A stretch of DNA of 63,983 bases, filler included, from Malassezia furfur (taxonomy: Eukaryota): NCBI GenBank assembly GCA_052055015.1. It is 10 parts of 10 records of this genome, joined end to end, with 100 filler letters (N's around TTAATTAATTAA, not from the genome) between each part and the next. Parts side by side here need not be neighbours in the genome. Positions count along the whole stretch, not along the records: positions 20,153 to 26,735 come from JBQJIT010000536.1; positions 26,836 to 33,383 come from JBQJIT010000537.1; 8 more parts are not named here. One strand, given 5' to 3'. Shown here one piece after another: positions 20,279 through 31,641 of this stretch. The notes beneath the pieces were generated by a model. That model was not told the DNA's origin and searched no databases. It saw only the letters and a list, made by a program, of their open reading frames with translations. Numbering within the stretch: position 1 is the stretch's first letter; each line of letters begins with the position of its first letter. A program made the position numbers and the translations under genes.

Positions 20279-23200
20279 CTACGACGACGCCGGCTCAGAG
20301 GGGCGCGCCGGCGGGCGCCACTGCACGCGCGCGCCAATCTCGTACAAGTCCTCGAGCACGTCCTCGAGGCGCGCGTCGCGCACAAACGACTCGTAGCAGC
20401 GGTACAGCTGGAGCGCGGCCTCGGCGTCCTCGATCGAGTCGTGCCCCTCGTGCGTCTCGTCCGGGACGTGCGCGTCGTTCGCCTTGAGCACGAGGCCGGA
20501 CTGGATGTCGCGCTTCAGCAAAAACCACGAGAGGAAGCGCAGCGACAGGTTGCGCGGGTGCGCGGGCGAGTGGAAGAGGCACACGGTGTCGACCACCTGG
20601 CTCGGCGGCACGTACAGGTTGATGATGCGGAAATCCTTCGCGAGGCCGTGCCCGATGAAGCGGCACCCGCGGTCGACGAGCATGCGCAGCTTCTTGTACG
20701 CGATCTTGTGCGGGACGAGCGTGGCGCGGCTCGTGCCCGGGTCGAGGTCGCCGGGCTGGATGCCCGAGTACTGCGTCAGGTAGTCGACCACGCGCTCGGG
20801 CACGTGGATGTGGTCGTCGATGAACGGCACCCCCTCCTTGGGCCCCTGCCCGCGGATCACCGACACGCGCGCGAGCGCGAGGCTGCCCGGCTTGAGCACG
20901 GAGCGCGTCCCGTCCGAGCTGATCTCGACCTCCTCCTCGGCGAGCGCGACAAACTCGGCGTCGATCGCGACGAGCGTGCCGGGCTCGGGCAGCTCGTCGG
21001 GCGCGAGCAGCTCGTGCCGGATGTGCGCCGTGTCGCGGTGCACCGCCATGTTGACGTCGGCGGTGAGCAGGCGCGTGTCGGGCGAGAGGCGCGACGCCGC
21101 GTGCGCGAGGTGCGCCGCGTGCGCCTGCGCCGCGCCGTCGATGCGCTCCCACACGAGCAGCGCCGGGATCTTCCACGCCTCGCCGAAGCGCAGCACCTCG
21201 TCGGCGGGCACCGGGCGCACGAGGAAGTCGTTGAACAGCGTCCACGCCTCGCGGTCCTCGTCCGAGGCGCCGCGCACGTACGTGCACAGGTGCGGCGCGT
21301 CGTGCGCGCCCTGCACCTGCACGACGAGCGCACGCAGCGTGTACACCGCCACGTGCTCGCCGTGCGGCTCGGTGGCGTGGCACGTGGCATGCACGCGCCC
21401 GTGCGCGACGTGCACGGCGAGGTACGGCGCGAGGAACGCGTCGCCGCGGTCGCGGTCGGGCACCCACTGCGCGAGCTGCGCGGCGGTGTGCACGCCCGCG
21501 TTCATGCTGAGCACCGCGGGCAGCGCGTCCGTCGACGGCACCGTGCGGAAGGTCGCGTGCGGCGCATGCGGCGCGTGGCAGTGCCGGCACTTGCCGCGCA
21601 CCACCGCGTCGCGCGCAAACGACGCGCCCAGCACGCTCGCGACGTCGTGCGCCGGCGGCGCACCGGGCGGGGGGTATACCAGCGGCAGCACGTGCGCGAG
21701 GTGCTGCCGGCTGCTGTGGTGGCCGCACACGCCGCACGTGCTGTGCGTCTGCAGCGTGTAGGCGCACGGGTTGGCGCACAGCGCGAGCACCTCGGTCGGC
21801 AGCGCCATCGACGCACCCGTGCGCAGCGCCTCCTGCGACAGCTCGCCCAGCAAAAAGTGGTTCAGGCGCTGCGCGAGCTGCGAGTACGGCGCCGCGGCGC
21901 TCGACGCGTCGTCCAGCAGGCCGAGCGCATGCACCTTGGGCATGTGCCCAAACACGCGCGCAAAGTTGGTCGCCTGGCAGTTGGTGCCGCGCGCCTCGTC
22001 GAGCATGCAGAAGAGGAAGCCCGCCTCGCACAGCAGGCACTCGTCCGACGGGCACGGCATGCGCGTGTGCCGCTGCGCAAACGCGCGCAGAGCGCGCGTG
22101 TACTGCAGCGCCTGCAGGTACGCATTGACGTACGTCGCGCCCGCACACGCCGCGTTCGCCTCGAGGCCCGAGAAGCGCGTCTTGTTGTAGTAGCCAAAGT
22201 CAAAGTCCTCCACACCGAAGCGGCTGTACTGGATCGAGAGCAGCCGGTAGTAGCCGGGCATGCCGGCATGGTCGGCCTCCCACGCCTCGTCGGGCGCGTC
22301 GCCGCCCGTCTGCTCGCTGTGGAAGCGCGCGAGGTGCACGCGCCGGTCGCCGCGCGCGCCGCGCAGCCGCGCAAGCGCCGTGCGCTTCAGCTTGCCGTTG
22401 CGCTCAAACCGGTCCGTCAGGTCGTCCGTGCTCACCAGCTGGTTGCGCTGGCCGCGCAGGTGCTTGGGCAGCGGCGCGAACCCGAGACCCTGCACGCTCT
22501 GCACGTGGTCCAGCACGCCCGCGTCGATCTTCGCAGGGCGCGTCAGCAGCGGCGTCCCGTGGCTCCAGTAGTCGTCCGCCGACAGCGCCGAGAGCAGCCG
22601 CGAGTCGTAGTGCGGCATGCCGATGCACGACAGCGGCGTGTCCGGCTGCCAGTCGATGCGCGGCGGCGGCAGCGCAAAGTCGGCCGCGGGCGGCGGCTTG
22701 GTGGGGTACGCGTTGAAGCGCACGGGCAGCGCCGCCTGCGACGCCTTGGCGTCGTTCGTCCAGAGCCGCACACTCCCGTCCGACTCGCCAAACGCCAGCG
22801 CCTCGGCGGACGACGAAAACGTCATGGACGACAGGTAGGACGCCGAGGGCAGCAAATAGAACTGCGTCTGCCCAGGGTTGTTCGTGTCCACCACCTGGAA
22901 CTGCGCCTGCGGCGTCGCGACGGCGAGCAGCGACGTGCGCTTCGGGTGGATCGCCAGGAACGCGGGGCCGCCGGGCGCCGTCATGGGGATCGGCACACGC
23001 GCCTGCAGCGTGCGCAGGTCGTGCACCTTGATCATCGGCTCGGGCACGCGGTGGCCCTGCCGCAGCGTCCAGCCGATCGAGTAGATCAGGTTGCCCTCGG
23101 CCTGTATGTCGATCAGCCCGCCGTGGTGCGCCGCGATCTGGTGCTCAATCGCGAGCGTACGGGGGTCGCGCAGCTGGATGTGGCCCTGCGCCGTGCCAGC

Positions 23201-23773
23201 ACACACGTACCGCCCGGACTTGACCAGGTGCGTGATCGCCGCCTCGGCTGGGACGCGGCGCATCACGCGCCCAGAGTTGGCGTGGATCGCCAGCAGCACG
23301 TCGTTCTCGGTGAGCGTGCCGGACGCCGCCTGGGGCGTCGCACCGCCCACAATCACGTCGGAGCTCGTGCTGAGCGGCGACAAACACATCCCGGCCAGCT
23401 CCAGCCCGGGCGCATGATCGCTGCGGTCAGTCACGCGCGACGCGGGTAAGACGTACTTTATACACACGCTCCACCGGCCCAGCCCGGTGCGCTGCGCGGC
23501 ACACACCGAGTCGCCGCTTGCGCTGATGATCGACTTCTCGTCCGAAACAATCGTGTGCACGGCGCTCCGCCGCGACGACGAACCGTGCGCGGGATAGCTC
23601 GAGTACCGCGAAAACGCCGGCGGCGTGTTTGTATGCGACGTCACCTGGCCGGACGCATTGCCCGTCCAAAGCAGCTCGGCAAACGGGTCAAAGTACAGCG
23701 ACGTCACCGCGCCGAGCATGCCGGGCACGGCATGATCGGCGAAGAAGTGCGCCTGCTGCGACCATTCCGCCAT
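20279..23773 (-). CDS. PAN2: PAN2-PAN3 deadenylase catalytic subunit Pan2
   Basis: N-terminal WD40, IQYSRFGVEDFDFGYYNKT.FSGLE, pseudo-UCH domain (CLLCEAGFLF.ML) and DEDD nuclease (VAIDAEFV, FIGHGL.KDF, HDSIEDA); in-frame 36-nt intron at 23421-23456. Confidence 0.95.
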   Translation of the reverse strand: MAEWSQQAHFFADHAVPGMLGAVTSLYFDPFAELLWTGNASGQVTSHTNTPPAFSRYSSYPAHGSSSRRSAVHTIVSDEKSIISASGDSVCAAQRTGLGRWSVCIKYVLPASRVTDRSDHAPGLELAGMCLSPLSTSSDVIVGGATPQAASGTLTENDVLLAIHANSGRVMRRVPAEAAITHLVKSGRYVCAGTAQGHIQLRDPRTLAIEHQIAAHHGGLIDIQAEGNLIYSIGWTLRQGHRVPEPMIKVHDLRTLQARVPIPMTAPGGPAFLAIHPKRTSLLAVATPQAQFQVVDTNNPGQTQFYLLPSASYLSSMTFSSSAEALAFGESDGSVRLWTNDAKASQAALPVRFNAYPTKPPPAADFALPPPRIDWQPDTPLSCIGMPHYDSRLLSALSADDYWSHGTPLLTRPAKIDAGVLDHVQSVQGLGFAPLPKHLRGQRNQLVSTDDLTDRFERNGKLKRTALARLRGARGDRRVHLARFHSEQTGGDAPDEAWEADHAGMPGYYRLLSIQYSRFGVEDFDFGYYNKTRFSGLEANAACAGATYVNAYLQALQYTRALRAFAQRHTRMPCPSDECLLCEAGFLFCMLDEARGTNCQATNFARVFGHMPKVHALGLLDDASSAAAPYSQLAQRLNHFLLGELSQEALRTGASMALPTEVLALCANPCAYTLQTHSTCGVCGHHSSRQHLAHVLPLVYPPPGAPPAHDVASVLGASFARDAVVRGKCRHCHAPHAPHATFRTVPSTDALPAVLSMNAGVHTAAQLAQWVPDRDRGDAFLAPYLAVHVAHGRVHATCHATEPHGEHVAVYTLRALVVQVQGAHDAPHLCTYVRGASDEDREAWTLFNDFLVRPVPADEVLRFGEAWKIPALLVWERIDGAAQAHAAHLAHAASRLSPDTRLLTADVNMAVHRDTAHIRHELLAPDELPEPGTLVAIDAEFVALAEEEVEISSDGTRSVLKPGSLALARVSVIRGQGPKEGVPFIDDHIHVPERVVDYLTQYSGIQPGDLDPGTSRATLVPHKIAYKKLRMLVDRGCRFIGHGLAKDFRIINLYVPPSQVVDTVCLFHSPAHPRNLSLRFLSWFLLKRDIQSGLVLKANDAHVPDETHEGHDSIEDAEAALQLYRCYESFVRDARLEDVLEDLYEIGARVQWRPPARPSEPASS

Positions 23774-24014
23774 GGAGTAAGAGCGCACACCTCCACCAGA
23801 CCGCGTCTCCACCCCACGCGCCGCACGACGCCCGACGCGGGTCCCCCGGCGCGTGCGCCGCGGGCACGCACCGGCGCCGGCGCTGGCGCCACGCACGTCG
23901 CACTACCAGGCACACGGCGGCAAGCGGCCGCACGCCCACACTATCCACACACACACACAAACACATCGAGTCGTCATAGCATGCATTCAAGCGGCAAGGC
24001 ATCGTGCCTCGCAT

Positions 24015-24629
24015 CTACAAAGGACTCGTCGGCTTGAGCTTGTTCTTGGCCGTGAGCTTGTCCTGCCGCCACTCGTCCACGATGCTGTCCATCTTGGCCA
24101 TATTTTCCTGCACGCGCTGCGCGCGCTGGCGCGCGGCACGGTCCGCCGCGGCGCCCTTGAACATGCGCTTTTCGGCACGGCCCGCGTACGGTCCGCGGTC
24201 GTGCTCCTTGCGCGCGATCCGCTGCGCCTCCCGCTCGTCCTGCTCACGCGACAGGCGCGGGAGCTGGGGCTGGCCCTGCAGCGGCAGCGGGAAGAGCACT
24301 TCGTGCGTCGCCTGCCGGCGCAGCCGCTCCATCATCTTGGCGTATTTCGGACTCGCGGTCACCGCAGCCGTGTCCTGCGTCGCAAACGCGGCGCGCACCA
24401 GCTGCACCTGGCGCCGCTGGCTGTAGGCTGGCGGCGTCCACCGCTCGGTCGTTGCGTTCTTCCAGTGCAAAAACGCACGCTTGTTCACATCCGACTGGAT
24501 CGACGGCGAGTCCTTCCGGTGCTGCGCCTTGATGCCCTCGGCCTGTGCATGCTTGCGCCAGCGAGCAAAGCCCTGCATGAGCTCGGCCGGCGCGCCGCGC
24601 GCAACGATGCGCGACGGAGCGAGCGCCAT
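24015..24629 (-). CDS. MRPL25: Mitochondrial ribosomal protein mL59
   Basis: AFLHWKNATTERWTPPAYSQRRQVQLV and MFKG...R...R...MAKMDSIVDEW match the mL59 pattern. Confidence 0.75.
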   Translation of the reverse strand: MALAPSRIVARGAPAELMQGFARWRKHAQAEGIKAQHRKDSPSIQSDVNKRAFLHWKNATTERWTPPAYSQRRQVQLVRAAFATQDTAAVTASPKYAKMMERLRRQATHEVLFPLPLQGQPQLPRLSREQDEREAQRIARKEHDRGPYAGRAEKRMFKGAAADRAARQRAQRVQENMAKMDSIVDEWRQDKLTAKNKLKPTSPL

Positions 24630-24672
24630 GATGGAAGGAAGAAAACGCATACTTCCACACCACCTCCACACG

Positions 24673-25761
24673 ATGACGCCCCGGCTCGTCGACGTGCGCC
24701 CGTCGTGTGCCACGGCTGCGGCGGCGTCGCGGATCACGATCGACGACGCCGCGATCGATGCGTTCCTCGGCGCGCTTGATTCCCAGCGCTTCGATGCGCT
24801 CAAAAAGGAGCACGGCCTCGTGTTCCCGCTGAAATTCTCCACGTTCCTGGACGAAATCAACTTTGTGTGCGTGCTGTCGCTGCTCAATGCGCTCTCGGGC
24901 TACCGCAAGGCCTTCCACGAGGTCACGGGGCACGGCGCGTTTGACAATGTGCGGCACATGCTGCTCGGCATGTACCTCTCGAACGACCATGCGCTCACGG
25001 CCAAGGCACTCCGCGAGGTGACTCCGACGCAGCTCGCGACGGTGCTCGGCGTCCCGACACACACCGAGTCCAAGCACCCCACGCTCCCGTTCGTCACGGT
25101 CGGCACCGTGGGTGGGCCGCTGCATGCGCCGCTCGAGCTCGTGGCCAACGCGTGCAAAGCCGCGGGGCAGTTCCTCGAGGAGGAGGGCAAGGCGGACTTG
25201 GGGCAGTACGTGCTCGACGCGTGCGCCGAGGCGCTCGACAAGGAGCACGCCGAGTCGCACATCCTCGAGGCCATTGCGTGTGTGCCGGGCTTTGACGACG
25301 TGTACACGCTTGACGGCACGCCTGTATACCTGTACAAAAAGGCCTTTTTCCTGATGAACGCGCTGCGCGAGCGTCTGGTGGGTGCCACACTGCCGTCCGA
25401 CGCGCCGCCCGTCGCTGTGAAGCTGGCCGAGCGCTGGCAGACGGCGTTCCCGGAGCCGCTCCCAATGTTTGTCGACAACGTCATCCCGACGATGCTGCAC
25501 CACTACGGCATCCTCAAGACGGACGAGGCGAGCAGCGACGCGCTGCGTGCATGGACCGCGTCTGAGGAGGGCGTCGTCCTGTCCAAAGACGACGCGTACC
25601 GCATCCGCGCTGCCGCCCTCGCGGCCGGCGCACGCATCGTGGAGCGCGCCACGACGGGCATGACCGAGGTCGAGCTCGACGGCTACCTGTGGTCGGTCGC
25701 CAAGGACCCGGAGCTGCGCAAGATCCCGCGCATCTCGGAACAGGACACCATGATGTATTAG
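24673..25761 (+). CDS. Queuosine salvage (Q_salvage/DUF2419, QNG1-like) family protein, divergent
   Basis: LSLLNALSGY, YLYKKAFFL, LPMFVDNVIPTMLHHYGIL, YRIRAAA, ELDGYLW and the terminal TMMY parallel the family's FYKRAQ / FADYRIP / E.EIRA / LDFYLW / terminal Y motifs. Confidence 0.65.
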   Translation: MTPRLVDVRPSCATAAAASRITIDDAAIDAFLGALDSQRFDALKKEHGLVFPLKFSTFLDEINFVCVLSLLNALSGYRKAFHEVTGHGAFDNVRHMLLGMYLSNDHALTAKALREVTPTQLATVLGVPTHTESKHPTLPFVTVGTVGGPLHAPLELVANACKAAGQFLEEEGKADLGQYVLDACAEALDKEHAESHILEAIACVPGFDDVYTLDGTPVYLYKKAFFLMNALRERLVGATLPSDAPPVAVKLAERWQTAFPEPLPMFVDNVIPTMLHHYGILKTDEASSDALRAWTASEEGVVLSKDDAYRIRAAALAAGARIVERATTGMTEVELDGYLWSVAKDPELRKIPRISEQDTMMY

Positions 25762-26735
25762 CTACGATAGATGCAACCCGGCGAGGCTCTCGGCCGCCGA
25801 GTGTGACGACGGCGCACCCCGTGCGTCCGGCGCCGGCTCAGACTCGGGCTCCGGCTCCGGATGGTACGCGCGTTGGTACGCCTCCACTTCGGCCCGTGCG
25901 CGCTCAAACAGGCGGCGCTTTTCGTCTTCCTGGGGCACGGGCCCCAAATCGGGCGTGGGCGCCGTATACGCCGCGGCGCTCGACGTGGCGGCAGCCGACG
26001 GCGCATACGGTGCGGGCTCCACTGCGGCACTCGCGCCCGATGCCGACGGCGCCGCGTCCCAGCCCGGCGCAGAGTACGTATCCGCCCGGGTGGGTGGCGC
26101 CGCGTACGTTTCTGCCGGGGTCGACGGCGCAGCGTGCGTCTGTGCCGCATATGCCTCGTTCGCCTGGGTGCCCTGCACCGCATACTGCTCCATCCGCTGC
26201 GCAATGAGCTCCTCAAACGTGCTGCGTGCGCGCATAAACTTGTCGTTCATCGCACGCAGGTCCTGGACCTTAACGCTGTACCGGTCCATCAGGCGGATGA
26301 TCTTGGGGCGCAGCGCGAGCGAGCGCTGGTACAGCTCCTGCAGCTCGTCGTCGTCCACAAAGTTGTCGCGCACCGGGTCGAGCTGCTGCAGACGCGCGTG
26401 CAGGCGGTGGATGTCGGCGGCGTGCGCAAAGACGCTGCGCTCCATTTCGAGATCCTGCTCGATCGCCGCCTGCGCCATCTCCGGCATCGGCTCGACGTAG
26501 TTTACCGGGAAAATGCCCACGTCCTGCCGGAGCTCGCCGCGCCACCACTGCTCGTAGACACTGTCGAGCACACGGATCACGTCGCCGGCCGAGAACGCCA
26601 ACTCGCCGGGCTCGTCGGGCTCAAAGTCGTACAGCGCACGCACGAACGAGGGGCGTGTCGGAGGCACGGACGGCGCCGCGGGGGGCGCCATAGGCTGCGC
26701 CGCGGGGGGCGCCGCAGGTTCGGCGGCCGGTGGCG
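25762..26735 (-). CDS. HSE1: ESCRT-0 subunit Hse1/STAM (SH3 + GAT), 5'-partial
   Basis: SH3 (VRALYDF...GELAF..GDVIRVLDSVYEQWWRGEL...GIFPVNYVE), then LYQRSLALRPKIIRLMDRYS. Confidence 0.9.
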
Positions 26736-26835
26736 NNNNNNNNNNNNNNNNNNNNNNNNNNNNNNNNNNNNNNNNNNNNTTAATTAATTAANNNNNNNNN
26801 NNNNNNNNNNNNNNNNNNNNNNNNNNNNNNNNNNN

Positions 26836-29826
26836 CGCGCGCGCTCGCGCTCGCCGCCACCGCGGCGCAGCGAAGCGTACCGCACTTCGCCTCCGCCGCC
26901 GCCGCCACGCGCACCGCTGCCGCCCGACGAGCGGCCCATCCTTCACAAGATCTACGACGGGCGCGTGTCGGGCGTCAAGGACTTTGGCGCGTTTGTCACG
27001 CTCGATGGCGTCGTGGGCCGCCAAGACGGACTCGTGCATGTGAGCGCGATGAGCCAGGAGCGTGTCGCGCACCCCTCTGACGTCGTGCGGCGCGGCGACC
27101 TGGTCAAGGTCAAGGTCGTCTCGCTGCAGAACAACCGCATCGGCCTGTCCATGAAAGAGGTCGACCAGCACACGGGCCGCGACCTCGTGCCTGCTGCTGC
27201 GCGGTCTGTGCCGCCGCCACGCGCGGGCACGGGCGCCAACTCGGCGCCGCTCGGGCGGGCGCCGTCGCCCGAGGCGCCGCCGGTGCGTGGGCGCAAGCGG
27301 CTCACGTCGCCCGAGCGCTGGGAGCTCAAGCAGCTGATCGCGAGCGGCGTGGCCAAGGCGAGCGACTACCCCGAACTGGAGGAGGAGGAGCTCGCGACGC
27401 CCGCGACGCGCATGCTGGGTCCGGGCGCGGACGAAGAGGTGGATATCGAGGTGAACGAAAAAGAGGCGCCGTTCCTCGCCGGACAGACCGCCGCAACGCT
27501 CGAGCTGTCGCCCGTGCGCATTGTCAAGGCGCCTGACGGCTCGATGAACCGCGCGGCGCAGTCGGGCGCGACGCTCGCCAAGGAGCGCAAGGAACTGCGG
27601 CAGCAGCAGCTCAACGAGCAGGCCGACGCGCAAAAGAAGGACACCACCACCGCGTGGCTCGATCCGATGGCGCCACAGGCGGAGCGCACATTTGCGCAAG
27701 ACGTGCGCGGCAACCTCATGGGCCGCCAGACGCAGGAGCAGGCCGCGTGGAAGCGGCACACCTTTAACAAGGCGACGACGTTTGGCAAGCGCACGACGCT
27801 CAGCATGCAGGAGCAGCGCGAGAGCCTGCCCATCTTCAAGCTGCGCTCCGAGCTCGTGCAGGCGGTACGCGACAACCAGGTGCTTGTGGTGGTCGGCGAC
27901 ACGGGCTCGGGCAAGACGACGCAGCTGACGCAGTACCTTGCCGAGGAAGGGTTTGCGGACCACGGCAAGAAAATTGGGTGCACGCAGCCGCGGCGTGTCG
28001 CGGCGATCAGTGTCGCGAAGCGCGTCGCGGAGGAGGTCGGGTGCCGCGTTGGCCAGGAAGTGGGCTATACGGTGCGCTTTGAGGACTACACCTCGCCGGC
28101 TACGCGCATCAAGTACATGACCGACGGTATGCTGCAGCGCGAGTCGCTCGTCGACCGCGACGTGAGCCAGTACTCGGTGATCATGCTCGACGAGGCGCAC
28201 GAGCGCACGATTGCGACCGACGTGCTGTTCGGCCTGCTCAAAAAGGCGCTCGGCCGCCGCCCCGATTTGAAGCTGATCGTGACCTCGGCGACGCTGGACG
28301 CGGCCAAGTTTAGCGAGTACTTCTTCGGGTGCCCCATCTTCACGATCCCCGGACGCACCTTCCCGGTGGAGATTCTGTATACCAAGGAGCCCGAGCCGGA
28401 CTACCTCGACGCGTCGCTGATCACCGTGATGCAGATCCACCTGAGCGAGCCGCCGGGCGACATTCTCGTCTTCCTCACGGGTCAAGAGGAGATTGATACC
28501 AGCTGCGAGATCCTCTACGAGCGCATGCGCGCGCTGGGGCCCGGCGTCCCGGAGCTCATCATCCTCCCGGTGTACTCGGCGCTCCCCAGTGAGATGCAGT
28601 CGCGCATCTTCGAGCCCGCGCCGCCCGGCGCCCGCAAGGTGGTGCTCGCCACCAATATCGCCGAGACGTCCATCACGATCGACGGCGTGTACTACGTCGT
28701 GGACCCCGGCTTTGTGAAGCAGAACGCGTACGACGCACGCCTCGGCATGGACAGCCTCGTGGTGACGCCCATCTCGCAGGCCCAGGCGCGGCAGCGCTCG
28801 GGCCGTGCAGGGCGCACCGGGCCGGGCAAGTGCTACCGCCTGTACACCGAGGCGGCGTACCGCAACGAGATGCTGCCGAACCCGATTCCCGACATTCAGC
28901 GGCAGAACCTCGCGTCGACGATCCTCATGCTCAAAGCGATGGGCATCAACGACCTGCTGCACTTCGACTTTATGGACCCGCCGCCGGCCCAGACGATGCT
29001 CACGGCGCTCGAGGCGCTGTACGCGCTGAGCGCACTCGACGACGAGGGTCTCCTGACGCGGCTCGGGCGCAAGATGGCCGACTTCCCCATGGACCCGATG
29101 ATGGCCAAGACCCTCATCACCAGCGTGGACCTGGGGTGCAGCGAAGAGGTGCTGAGCATTGTGGCGATGCTCAGCATCCAAAACGTCTTTTACCGGCCCA
29201 AGGACAAGCAGACCCAGGCCGACCAGAAGCGCGCCAAGTTCTTCCAACCCGAAGGCGACCACCTTACGCTGCTCACCGTGTACAATGCTTGGGCCGCGAA
29301 CCACTTCTCGATGCCATGGTGCACGGAAAACTTTGTCCAGGGCCGCGCACTGCGACGCGCACAGGACGTGCGCAAGCAGCTCGTGGGCATCATGGATCGC
29401 TACCACCACGACATTCTGTCGTGCGGCAAGGACTACAACCGCGTGCGCCGCGCCATCTGCGCAGGCTACTTCCGCAACGCCGCGCGCAAGGATCCACACG
29501 AGGGGTACAAGGCGCTCGCCGAGGCGGGCGGCAACATTTACCTGCACCCGTCGAGCAGCCTGTTCAGCCGGTCCGCCGAGTACGTCGTGTACCACGAGGT
29601 GGTGATGACCTCGAAGGAGTACATGCGCGAGGTCACCGCCATTGAGCCCAAGTGGCTCGTCGAGGTCGCCCCGCGCTTCTTCCGCACCGCCGACCCGACG
29701 AGCCTGTCGAAACGCAAGCGCGACGAAAAGATCAAGCCACTCCACTCAAAGCAGGCCACCGCCCAGGAGGAGTGGAAGGCGTCGCGTGCGCGTGCGCAGG
29801 CCAACTACTACAACGAGCGTTTCTAG
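26836..29826 (+). CDS. PRP22: Pre-mRNA splicing DEAH-box helicase Prp22, 5'-partial
   Basis: S1 domain (KDFGAFV...GLVHVS), [40 protein letters not shown]2/OB C-terminus. Confidence 0.96.
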   Translation, partial: RARSRSPPPRRSEAYRTSPPPPPPRAPLPPDERPILHKIYDGRVSGVKDFGAFVTLDGVVGRQDGLVHVSAMSQERVAHPSDVVRRGDLVKVKVVSLQNNRIGLSMKEVDQHTGRDLVPAAARSVPPPRAGTGANSAPLGRAPSPEAPPVRGRKRLTSPERWELKQLIASGVAKASDYPELEEEELATPATRMLGPGADEEVDIEVNEKEAPFLAGQTAATLELSPVRIVKAPDGSMNRAAQSGATLAKERKELRQQQLNEQADAQKKDTTTAWLDPMAPQAERTFAQDVRGNLMGRQTQEQAAWKRHTFNKATTFGKRTTLSMQEQRESLPIFKLRSELVQAVRDNQVLVVVGDTGSGKTTQLTQYLAEEGFADHGKKIGCTQPRRVAAISVAKRVAEEVGCRVGQEVGYTVRFEDYTSPATRIKYMTDGMLQRESLVDRDVSQYSVIMLDEAHERTIATDVLFGLLKKALGRRPDLKLIVTSATLDAAKFSEYFFGCPIFTIPGRTFPVEILYTKEPEPDYLDASLITVMQIHLSEPPGDILVFLTGQEEIDTSCEILYERMRALGPGVPELIILPVYSALPSEMQSRIFEPAPPGARKVVLATNIAETSITIDGVYYVVDPGFVKQNAYDARLGMDSLVVTPISQAQARQRSGRAGRTGPGKCYRLYTEAAYRNEMLPNPIPDIQRQNLASTILMLKAMGINDLLHFDFMDPPPAQTMLTALEALYALSALDDEGLLTRLGRKMADFPMDPMMAKTLITSVDLGCSEEVLSIVAMLSIQNVFYRPKDKQTQADQKRAKFFQPEGDHLTLLTVYNAWAANHFSMPWCTENFVQGRALRRAQDVRKQLVGIMDRYHHDILSCGKDYNRVRRAICAGYFRNAARKDPHEGYKALAEAGGNIYLHPSSSLFSRSAEYVVYHEVVMTSKEYMREVTAIEPKWLVEVAPRFFRTADPTSLSKRKRDEKIKPLHSKQATAQEEWKASRARAQANYYNERF

Positions 29827-29937
29827 GGTACATAGTCAGCCACCGAGACGATCTTCCCCTGCATTCCCCATTCCCACGCGGCGCGGCTGCCTCCACCTGC
29901 GCGGCACGGCAGTGGAGGAACGCTTCGAGCTGCGCTC

Positions 29938-30847
29938 ATGAGCGACGCCGAGCCGTTTGACGAGACCGAGGAGACGTTCGGTGAAGCCGGCGCCCTGGAC
30001 GGCGAGCCCGAGTCTGGCTCGCCTTCTTCGTCTGAGGAGTATGCCTCCGAGGAGGAAGAGGAGGAGGAGGACGAGCTGGTGGACGAGATGGAAGACGTCG
30101 AGCCAATCGAGACGAACCGCCGCACCCGCCGCCCGCTGCGCATCAAACTATCGCGCTCTAAGCCGCCTTCCGAGTCCACACCTAACTCGACGCCCTCGCG
30201 GCGCTCTGGTCGGCGCACAACACGCACGGCGCGCGCCAGGGCTAGCAGCGGCATGTCGGACGCGTCCGACGACGACGAGCTGGCCGCATCTGACGACTCC
30301 GATGAGCTTGCGTCCGAGTCAATGGACCAGCCGATGACCGCGCGACAGATTGCGCGTGCGAACCGCGAGCGTGGGATCCAGAACGAGGAACTTGTTGAGC
30401 TACCGATGGGTGCGTCCCCTACACACTCACTCCCAGAGCCCACCAAGCGCCAGAAGCTGTCCGAGACCGAGCTGGCCCTGCGCCGCTCTGAGACTGCACG
30501 GAGGCGTCGCAACCAGAGCGAAAAGAAGCTGGAGGACGACAAAATCGAGGTAAGCAAGCGCGCCGCTTACCCAGACCATCAATCGGCTGCTCAAGAAGCA
30601 GGCGGGCAAAGTGCGCGGCAAGGACCGCGGCGACGATACGCCCAACACGCACGAAGCACGCGCAAAACCACGCGACAGCGGGCCACTCCCCATGTTCCGG
30701 TATATTTCGCGAGCGGACGGTGCGCTGCTTGCCGTGCCGCCGGGGCCGCCATTTGTAGACGACGCCGAGGCGGGCGAGGGGCTGTACGACCATGTGCTGC
30801 GCACCGCCTTTGGCCAGTCCGTTGAGACATGGACGCATGCCAAGTAG
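29938..30847 (+). CDS. IES2: INO80 complex subunit Ies2 (PAPA-1 domain)
   Basis: MTARQ...LPMEP...LSETELALRRSETARRRRNQSEKKLEDDKIE|TINRLLKKQ; introns at 30410-30436 (27 nt) and 30550-30574 (25 nt). Confidence 0.85.
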
Positions 30848-30863
30848 CTGTAGACTAGTCCTC

Positions 30864-31598
30864 CTATACACTTCCGCGCCCGAGCCCCGATGGCAGCGCC
30901 TGCCACATTTTGCTGCCCGGAATCGGCATCATTTCGTCGACGTAATGCTCACAAATCATCCCCGAGTGCCGGTCGAAGCGGTAGCGGAACAGCATCACAA
31001 AATCTTGTACAGAGCCCGAGACGCGCCCGCTTCCCCGGAAGCGCAAGCGCATCATCAGCTCGTCGCGCGGCATCGGTTGTCCCGGCGGCGCATCGGCAGG
31101 CGCGACGGGGCTCACTGCGCACGGGAGCAGCGACAGCTGCTCAATCTGGATATGTGCATCGTAAAACAGCGCACGGAGCGACCACCGCAGCCACTGTGCG
31201 CTCATCAAGTATACGCGGCGCCCCCGCAACGAGAAGGCCGGCTTGAAAGGTGTGACGTTTGGAGTCGCGTCGGGCAGCGGCGGCAGCTGTGGGCCGAACC
31301 GGAAGTACATTCGCTTATGGTAGATCTGCGTAGCTCGTGCGTACGTTGTAAGTGCATTCGAGCCCAGGTAGGGTGACAACGAGTCGTGCACCGCCTCGTC
31401 GTCGCGGTCGACCAAGCCCCGCTCCATGAACTGGGGCAGTGTCTCGCGCAGGTGGCGGATCGCTGCACCAACGCGCACCTGGTATTCGTGCTCCGGCACG
31501 TTATTCCCATTCCACACTGCCCGACTAGCAGAGAAGAAGCGCAGGGGCTCGATTGAGCGCGCCGCGTGCACGCTACTGCGCACGAGCGACGCGCGCAT
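30864..31598 (-). CDS. Uncharacterised protein with an Arg/Ser-rich mitochondrial presequence-like N-terminus
   Basis: ATG 31598 (MRASLVRSSVHAARSIEPLRFFSASR...); globular-looking body; fills the gap between IES2 and UBA2. Confidence 0.7.
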   Translation of the reverse strand: MRASLVRSSVHAARSIEPLRFFSASRAVWNGNNVPEHEYQVRVGAAIRHLRETLPQFMERGLVDRDDEAVHDSLSPYLGSNALTTYARATQIYHKRMYFRFGPQLPPLPDATPNVTPFKPAFSLRGRRVYLMSAQWLRWSLRALFYDAHIQIEQLSLLPCAVSPVAPADAPPGQPMPRDELMMRLRFRGSGRVSGSVQDFVMLFRYRFDRHSGMICEHYVDEMMPIPGSKMWQALPSGLGRGSV

Positions 31599-31641
31599 CG
31601 TCGTCGCGGGTCCCGATCGACACCCCGATCTTCCTGTGACG

